The translations under genes were made by a program, and so were the position numbers. A stretch of 64,000 nt of DNA from a candidate division WOR-3 bacterium (lineage in GTDB: Bacteria; Hydrothermota; Tepidihabitantia; Tepidihabitantales; Tepidihabitantaceae). Below, in pieces: positions 57,880 to 64,000 of this stretch. The notes under the pieces were generated by a model, which had not been told where the DNA came from, did no database searches, and saw only the letters and a program-made list of their open reading frames with translations. Each line of letters starts with the position of its first letter. Position 1 is the first letter of the stretch. The stretch is from contig CBFGKH010000006.1 of the NCBI GenBank assembly GCA_965649295.1, positions 123,639 to 187,638 on the forward strand. Direction: 5' to 3'.

Positions 57880-59178
57880 CTACTTGGCCGCGAGCTTCAC
57901 CCCGTCAATCCGGATAAACGGCGCAAAAAACGAGCCCAAATCCTGCTGGCGGTCGCCGACTGCCGCCACCTGCCGCAGTAGCTCATAGACATTGCCGCCA
58001 AACATCACATCCTTCAGCCGGCCGACAAGCTGCCCCTTCTCCACCTTGAAGCCGCCGGTAATCCCGAGCGTCACGTCGCCAGCAAGGATATTCGACTGGC
58101 CGCCACCAACGCAGTCATAAACCACCACGCCCTCGTCAATATCCCCGAGCACCGCCTCAAACCGGTCCTGACCCGGCAGCACCTCGATATTGGTCAGGCC
58201 GGGCGAGGGCAGCGACGCATAACCGCGCTCGGCTGAACCGGTCGAGAACTGCCGACAGGCAGCCGCCGTCACCAGGTCAAAGACAAAGCCGCGGAACACG
58301 CCCCTCTCAAACAGCGGGTTACGGCGTCGGGCTATCCCCTCGCCGTCAACCGGCGACGAGTCCAGCGCATAATTGCGCAGCGGGTTATCAATAATCGTCA
58401 GCTTCGGGTCGAGCAGTTGCTGGCCGACCTTGCCGATAAGCGGCGAGACCCCCTTTTCGAGCATCGTGCCCGACACCGCGCGGCTAATCGGTAACAGCAG
58501 ATTGGGCAGCGATTCGGGCATAAAGATGACCGGATAGCTACCGCTCGCCAGTTGGGCCTTGGTTCGCGCCAGCTTGGCCAGCCGTTCGAGCTTGTCGGCA
58601 ATCGCCGTCACATTCGGCTGCGACCCGTCGGTCAGGTTCTGAAAATCGGTAAGCCAGTACAGGCCATCGAGCACCAGTAGCCCGGCAATCATCACTTCGG
58701 ACGTGCAGGTGCTATACTGAACATCTAGCCCGCTAGTATTGAGAATCCGCACCTGCTCGTAGGCCCGGCTGAAAGTGACATCAAGCTTGAGGTCCGGCAC
58801 CCGCGCCCGCACCGCATCAATCAGTTCGGCGCCCCACTGCCGCAGCTTGTCGGCCGAATAGACGAGCACCCGGTTGTCGCAGAGCTTCACCTCCGGAAAG
58901 CGCACCTCACCGGGCAGCTTGATACTCGCCTGCCGGCCCCACTTTGCCGTATCCACGGCGGCATCAGCCTGCTCCTGCAGCCGAGCCGGATTGGTGCCGG
59001 CGGCAAAACCGATGCGGCCACCAGTAAAGACCCGCAGCCCAAACCCGCGCGTGTTACGCGAGTCCTGGGTATGAAACTCGTTCGAGCGGAACTCGACCTT
59101 CAACTGGTCAATCTCGGCCGAATAGACCTCGGCCTGCTCAACCCGCGGTTCGACCAGCGCCAGCAACTGTTCTTCCAC
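57880..59178 (-). CDS. TldE/PmbA family protein
   Basis: GFGLRV, IIDNP, DGEG, GFKVEKG; lacks HExxxH. Confidence 0.88.
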   Translation of the reverse strand: MEEQLLALVEPRVEQAEVYSAEIDQLKVEFRSNEFHTQDSRNTRGFGLRVFTGGRIGFAAGTNPARLQEQADAAVDTAKWGRQASIKLPGEVRFPEVKLCDNRVLVYSADKLRQWGAELIDAVRARVPDLKLDVTFSRAYEQVRILNTSGLDVQYSTCTSEVMIAGLLVLDGLYWLTDFQNLTDGSQPNVTAIADKLERLAKLARTKAQLASGSYPVIFMPESLPNLLLPISRAVSGTMLEKGVSPLIGKVGQQLLDPKLTIIDNPLRNYALDSSPVDGEGIARRRNPLFERGVFRGFVFDLVTAAACRQFSTGSAERGYASLPSPGLTNIEVLPGQDRFEAVLGDIDEGVVVYDCVGGGQSNILAGDVTLGITGGFKVEKGQLVGRLKDVMFGGNVYELLRQVAAVGDRQQDLGSFFAPFIRIDGVKLAAK

Positions 59179-59181
59179 TCC

Positions 59182-60558
59182 TCACCTCCCACCGATAACG
59201 ACGTTCTTGATGCGGATGTGCGGCGCGCCCATCCCCACTGGCAGCGGGCCTTGGCCGTTCTTACCGCAGCCGCCAAGTCCGCCAAACATCACCAGATCAT
59301 CACCAATCATGTCAATGTTACGCAGCGTCTCGAAGATATTGCCGGCCAAAGTCACATCCCGCACCATCTTTGTCTTCCGGCCGCCCTCAATCAGATAGGC
59401 GTACTGCGACGAGAAGGTGAACGCCTCCAGCTCGGTCATCCCGCCGCGCGAGCCGACAACGTAGAGCCCGTGCTCGGTCGCATCAAACATCTCCTCAATA
59501 TTGTGCTGCCGCGGCTCGACAAACGTATTCGCCATCCGCACAATCGGCGCAAACCGATAGCTCACTGCCCGGGCATTACCCGACAGCGGCTCCTGCATCT
59601 GCTGCGCCGTCTCGCGGTTGTGCAGATGCCCGGCAATCCGACCCTGCCGGATGAGGTCGGTGCGTCGGGCCGGCACGCCTTCGTCGTCATAACGGTAGCT
59701 GCCCCGCTCGCCCGGCAGCGTCGCATCATCGGCAATCGTCAGCTCCTCCGTGCCATACTGCGTGCCAATCTTCATCAGCTCCCGCAGCCGCTCATTACTG
59801 TAGATGTGGTCGGCCTCGCTCAGATGGCCAAACGCTTCGTGACAGAAAACCCCGCCGAGCAGCGGATCAATAATCACCGTGTATTTGCCCGCCTGCACCG
59901 GCTCGGCCCGCAGCAAATCGAGCGCAATCTTCGCAATCCGCTCCACCAGCGGCTCGCGATTCTGCACCGACTCAAACCCCTGGGTCTTGCCAAACGAGTC
60001 ACTATAAGACTGAATGTTCGTGCCGTCCCGGGCCGTCGCCGAGCAGGCAAAACCGGTATAGCTGAACTCCTGCTCGACAAACCGATTGTCGGAAGAAAGA
60101 AAACTGACCCGCTTGTGCAAGTCGGCATACGCCGACAAAGTCGTCACGATGCCCGGCGTCTGCAGCACGATATCGTTGTAATGGCGAATCAGGTCGTGCT
60201 TGGCTTCAAGCGGCACTTGGCGCGGATCGTCTTTCGGGTCGAGCCGAACCGTCTCATCCAGCGGTTCGAGCTTGGGCAGCTCCACCGCCCGCGCCGGCAG
60301 CGCCCGCACCTCGCGACAGAGGTCCCGCCCGAGCTCGCGCAAAGAATCATCAACCCGATTGAACGTCGCCACCAGCCAGTTGCCCCGCGAAAACGCCCGC
60401 AGACAGCCGCCCAGCTCAAACGTCCGGCTGATATCGTCCAGGTCCCGACCGCGATAGACTACCCTTGACGACTCCGACTCTTCGACCCGGATATCCGCAT
60501 AGTCCGCGTCCATACCGTCAATCACTGTCCGCAACAGCGGCTTCAGGCTCTTATCCAT
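59182..60558 (-). CDS. tldD: TldD family metalloprotease
   Basis: HEAFGHLSEAD, YDDEG, PIVRMANT, GGCGK. Confidence 0.9.
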   Translation of the reverse strand: MDKSLKPLLRTVIDGMDADYADIRVEESESSRVVYRGRDLDDISRTFELGGCLRAFSRGNWLVATFNRVDDSLRELGRDLCREVRALPARAVELPKLEPLDETVRLDPKDDPRQVPLEAKHDLIRHYNDIVLQTPGIVTTLSAYADLHKRVSFLSSDNRFVEQEFSYTGFACSATARDGTNIQSYSDSFGKTQGFESVQNREPLVERIAKIALDLLRAEPVQAGKYTVIIDPLLGGVFCHEAFGHLSEADHIYSNERLRELMKIGTQYGTEELTIADDATLPGERGSYRYDDEGVPARRTDLIRQGRIAGHLHNRETAQQMQEPLSGNARAVSYRFAPIVRMANTFVEPRQHNIEEMFDATEHGLYVVGSRGGMTELEAFTFSSQYAYLIEGGRKTKMVRDVTLAGNIFETLRNIDMIGDDLVMFGGLGGCGKNGQGPLPVGMGAPHIRIKNVVIGGR

Positions 60559-60618
60559 GCCAACTCCAGTTTGTCACCTGACCAATAGCCTAGGCCGTCC
60601 TGAATCGCTGTCAATAAC

Positions 60619-60898
60619 AATGGCACCAGGAGCCAGCCCAACCGACAGCCGCACCCAATCGCCAGCTCAGCCCATCGCTCTCGGCCCGAGCCATAGAGCG
60701 GCCCCGACCCTCGCATTTGGCCACAGCGGGATTCAGAGAGCACCGCAAGCCCATCCCGTGACAACTCCAGTCACCAGCCCCAAAACTCAAGCTAAGACCA
60801 GCCCAGAAAGAGCTAGTGAGACCATCCCCGAGACAGTAGAGTGGAGGGACGGCCCAAGAGGGCTATCGGGCTGTAGATTATGGACTTAGCCACAGAAA
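60619..60898 (+). repeat. 12-nt-periodic intergenic element, copy 3
   Basis: ccatcccgtgac aactccagtcac cagccccaaaac tcaagctaagac cagcccagaaag agctagtgagac catccccgagac agtagagtggag. Confidence 0.75.
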
Positions 60899-61019
60899 CC
60901 CCGTCCTCATCTCTCATCATCCTTCCCGACCACCATTTTCCCTGCTCAATCTTTCGCCTTCTCGCGTATAACCCGATAGAGCGAAAGAACCGGCCTCAGC
61001 ACAAACCTAGGAGGGAAAG

Positions 61020-61400
61020 ATGAACCGCCGTGAAGAGTGGCTAGAACAGAAGACAGTCCGCGCCAGCCGACGCTACCTGCGCTCAATAACCCGCGGCCAG
61101 ACCAGCACCCGCCGCGACCAGGCAATCGCCGCCCAAGTCGCCAAGTTCGCCGCTGCGACTCGGGCTGCGCTAGAGCTGGGCGAAAAGGTCAAAGAAGTCA
61201 TCAGCCGCCACGAGACACCGGTAACCCACCTCGCCCTCTACCGCACCTTCGCCCTCCACCTCGGTCGCCTCCGCCCCCGCTACACCGACGACGACTTCGC
61301 CCTGCTCTGCATCGCCGCCATCAACCGCTGGACAAGCTACGGCCTCAGCCCTGCAGCCCTGCGCCACCTCTGCCGCGAGGTATTCGAAGTAAGGGTCTAG
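61020..61400 (+). CDS. Small basic helical protein resembling the SIRV2/Adnaviria major capsid protein
   Basis: RBS AGGAGGG; Arg-rich N-terminal helix; F-x11-EKVKEVI...ALYRTFALHLGR...WTSYGLSPAALRHL pattern. Confidence 0.6.
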   Translation: MNRREEWLEQKTVRASRRYLRSITRGQTSTRRDQAIAAQVAKFAAATRAALELGEKVKEVISRHETPVTHLALYRTFALHLGRLRPRYTDDDFALLCIAAINRWTSYGLSPAALRHLCREVFEVRV

Positions 61401-61617
61401 GCGGACGTAGCCCGGTGAGTGCAAAACACCCGAGCCAAGTGCCAGAGCAGCAGGACTGGGGACATCAGACTGCGACCTGGCGCTCTGGGTCAGTCCCGGC
61501 CCGCTTGCGGTCGCCCCGAGCCGAAGTCTATGGGCAGTCGGAAATGAGCCGCGGACAGCCTACGGGCTCAGCGAGAACGAGCTGTGGACAGATGCGGCGG
61601 AGGTATCGGGGGCCGAT

Positions 61618-62079
61618 CTAGGTGCGCTTCTTGCTGGGAGCCGGGGAAGCGACACGCCTCTTCTCCCTGCTCTTCGCGCCCGGACGTGCGGCCGCCCGCG
61701 ATCGCACTGCCCCAGCGCTCGTGTTGCCACTCTCCCTGATGACTTCATCGGCGAAGTGCGCGACCTCGCGAAGTCGCACCCACCAGTGATAATAGTCTCC
61801 ATCCTCGAGCCATTCCCCTAAGAGAAGAACCTCATTCTCAGACCTGTAAAGAGTGCAATTGGCGTTTCCCGTGGTTCTGTCGGAGAGGCATACCCAGGAG
61901 CCGGCATACTGCGCAGCTCCGACCTTCGTCAGCTTCACGTCGTAGCGATCGCCATGGTACGCTACGCTGAGAGCTAGCTCGCGACTGCCGCGCATGATAC
62001 ACCGGTGGACCTCGCCATGAAAAGTGTCGCCGTAGGCAGCCCACACCATGCGACTGGAACCCTCTAGCTTCGTGTTCAC
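61618..62079 (-). CDS. Hypothetical protein
   Basis: RBS AAGGAGGAG before GTG; beta-rich, Trp-rich 153 aa. Confidence 0.6.
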   Translation of the reverse strand: MNTKLEGSSRMVWAAYGDTFHGEVHRCIMRGSRELALSVAYHGDRYDVKLTKVGAAQYAGSWVCLSDRTTGNANCTLYRSENEVLLLGEWLEDGDYYHWWVRLREVAHFADEVIRESGNTSAGAVRSRAAARPGAKSREKRRVASPAPSKKRT

Positions 62080-62211
62080 GTGACTCCTCCTTCAGCATCG
62101 CTAGCTGAATTCATATTCACCCCAGACCAGTGGCGGGGCGGGTTGAATGCTCTTCTCCACCGGGCGAGCGTGTCAAAGATGAGCCTCTCAGCGGTGGAGT
62201 TGTCATTTTCT

Positions 62212-62490
62212 TCATGACCGCGCGCTCGACGACATTGTCGCCGGCAAATGCTCCCGGGCACTCGCCAGTGGGATCGCAGGCGCCCCATCCCTACTAGAAG
62301 TCAGGCTGTTGCGGAGAACATTGAGCCGCTTGGCAGTCAGCTTGACTTCAGCCTCTTCCGCCAGTTCAGCAATCTGCTCCGCGAGCCGGTTGAAGTCGGT
62401 GTGCGGACCTGCGTCCAGCGATGCGGCCACCCTGTCGTAGAAACCGAAGATAAGCCGTCCACCGCCTGCGCTCGCCGGATTGCTCAACAA
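62212..62490 (-). CDS. Hypothetical protein or fragment
   Basis: Helical stretch FNRLAEQIAELAEEAEVKL; possible promoter TGGACA-N16-TAAAAT just upstream. Confidence 0.35.
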   Translation of the reverse strand: MLSNPASAGGGRLIFGFYDRVAASLDAGPHTDFNRLAEQIAELAEEAEVKLTAKRLNVLRNSLTSSRDGAPAIPLASAREHLPATMSSSARS

Positions 62491-62622
62491 GGCATTTTAG
62501 TCCGACTTCCGACGATGTCCACCTGCCTTCGGCGCATTGCCCCCCTCCTCACACTCCGCCCCCACTCGCCTCCGCGCCGCCACTCCACACTCGGCCCTTC
62601 TCTCCGCGCCCCTCAGCCCAAA

Positions 62623-62648
62623 GACCCCTCGACTCCGCTCGGGGTGAC
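62623..62648. repeat. REP-like palindrome
   Basis: Minus strand GTCACCCCGAGCGGAGTCGAGGGGTC. Confidence 0.55.
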
Positions 62649-62776
62649 ACCCTCCGGCGCCTTCTGTCCTCTACACTCTACCTTCTCGCTTCTCATCGCT
62701 AGCCTCTAACGCCACTACTGGGCCGGCGTCTTGACTGCCCAGATGTCCTGCCTACACTTCCACAAGCGAGCTAAAC

Positions 62777-64000
62777 TTGGCAAAACTAGAAGACCTCAAA
62801 CGCGGCGCACGGATAACGGGCGTCCTGCCTGGAGTCACAGTTACCGTGATTGACGTGCGCTGGCACGGCTCCGACGTTGTAGAACTGACGTACAAGGATG
62901 AGACCGGAGCGCTCGGCAACCTGCTCCTCTATCGAGAAAGCGAACCCACGCTAACAATCGAGCAGCCCGGGCGATCCTGGAGCTTCGATGGTGACGGCGC
63001 GCTGCTGCGGCTGGTATCCGAGGCCTGCCGCATCAGACTCGCCCACCTGTTCGACCCGCTGTTTGCCGTCCACACTTCGCTGGTCGAGCCGCTGCCGCAC
63101 CAGATAACTGCCGTCTATGAGGAGATGTTGCCCCGCCAGCCGCTCCGTTTCCTGCTGGCCGACGACCCGGGTTCCGGCAAGACGATAATGGCCGGCCTAT
63201 TGATGCGCGAGCTCATCATTCGCGGCGACCTCAAACGCTGCCTGATATGCTGTCCGGGCAACCTCGCCACCCAGTGGCAGGATGAGCTGCTGCAACGTTT
63301 CAACCTCCAGTTCGACATCATCTCCAGCGCGACCATCGAGGAATCTGCCTCCGGCAATCCCTACCAGGAGAAGCCGCTGGTCATCAGCCGGCTCGACCAT
63401 ATGAGCCGCAACGAACGCATCCAGAAGATGTTGCGGCAAACCGAGTGGGACCTAGTCGTCATTGATGAGGCACACAAGTTATCGGCCCACTACTACGGCT
63501 ACGAAATCAAGGAAACGATGCGCTACAAACTGGGCCGGCTCCTCGGCTCGCCCGAGCGCACCCGGCATTTGCTCTTCCTCACCGCGACCCCACACAGTGG
63601 CAGGGAAGAAGACTTTCAGCTATTCATGGCGCTGCTCGACGCCGACCGGTTCGAGGGCCGGTTCCGCGACGGCGTTCACGTCACCGACACGCGTGACCTG
63701 ATGCGTCGGCTGGTCAAGGAGCAGCTTGTGAAGCTTGACGGCACGCCGCTCTTTCCTGAGCGTCGGGCCTACACCGTGAAGTACGAGCTGTCACCCGCCG
63801 AGGCTCAGCTCTACGCCCATGTCACCGACTACGTGCGCCACGAGATGAACCGGGCTGACCGGCTCGCCGCCGAAGGCGAGGGCCGGCGCGGAAACCGCGT
63901 CGGCTTTGCCCTGACCACCCTGCAACGTCGGCTTGCCTCGTCACCCGAGGCGATATACAAATCGCTGCAGCGCCGCCGCGAGCGACTAGAGAAACGGCTC
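62777..64000 (+). CDS. SNF2/RapA-like helicase, probably defence-associated (partial, runs off the window end)
   Basis: Read manually from TTG 62777: AKLEDLKRGARITGV...RIRLAHLFDP...PLPHQITAVY...LLADDPGSGKT...VVIDEAHK...LTATPHSG. Confidence 0.9.
   Translation, partial: MAKLEDLKRGARITGVLPGVTVTVIDVRWHGSDVVELTYKDETGALGNLLLYRESEPTLTIEQPGRSWSFDGDGALLRLVSEACRIRLAHLFDPLFAVHTSLVEPLPHQITAVYEEMLPRQPLRFLLADDPGSGKTIMAGLLMRELIIRGDLKRCLICCPGNLATQWQDELLQRFNLQFDIISSATIEESASGNPYQEKPLVISRLDHMSRNERIQKMLRQTEWDLVVIDEAHKLSAHYYGYEIKETMRYKLGRLLGSPERTRHLLFLTATPHSGREEDFQLFMALLDADRFEGRFRDGVHVTDTRDLMRRLVKEQLVKLDGTPLFPERRAYTVKYELSPAEAQLYAHVTDYVRHEMNRADRLAAEGEGRRGNRVGFALTTLQRRLASSPEAIYKSLQRRRERLEKRL

Noticed and set aside
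59071..60468. 465-aa plus-strand ORF
   Set aside because: Antisense shadow of tldD with no motifs.
60557..60889. Protein-coding call for the tetrapeptide-repeat ORF (and 28521-28796)
   Set aside because: No RBS seen, and the frame is broken in copy 1. Treated as a DNA element, though coding is not fully excluded.
61401..61617. tRNA or att site at the island boundary
   Set aside because: No cloverleaf or T-loop consensus; only a GTAG-type hairpin-like sequence.

Overview
GC-rich bacterial chromosomal window. Several secreted proteins with T9SS-like C-terminal sorting domains, together with CARDB/Kelch, SBBP and DGTN-repeat architectures, suggest a diderm of candidate phylum WOR-3 or a relative (inference). 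Most of it is housekeeping: EF-P-like, pdxA, purH, glmS/glmM, hutH, rex, surE, glyQ, clpB, Hsp20, LonC-type protease, TldD/TldE, transporters and a two-component pair. It ends in an SNF2 helicase gene that probably starts a defence island. The most unusual signal has two parts. First, three dispersed ~300-bp intergenic elements (about 2978-3280, 28481-28809, 60619-60898) show a clear 12-nt periodicity and share a terminal motif. Second, a stand-alone 126-aa gene (61020-61400) lies just downstream of one element and resembles the SIRV2/Adnaviria filamentous-virus major capsid protein, a fold that binds 12 bp of A-form DNA per dimer. Other candidates: tandem lipoproteins with Cys/Gln thioester-domain motifs, a promoter-driven 6S-like RNA, an Ala-Cys-Gly MIO lyase, an EF-P with an atypical loop, a 38-bp direct repeat around a hairpin, and widespread apparently leaderless genes. 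No tRNA, rRNA, transposase or CRISPR-Cas was seen. All family assignments come from motif recognition by eye, not database searches.
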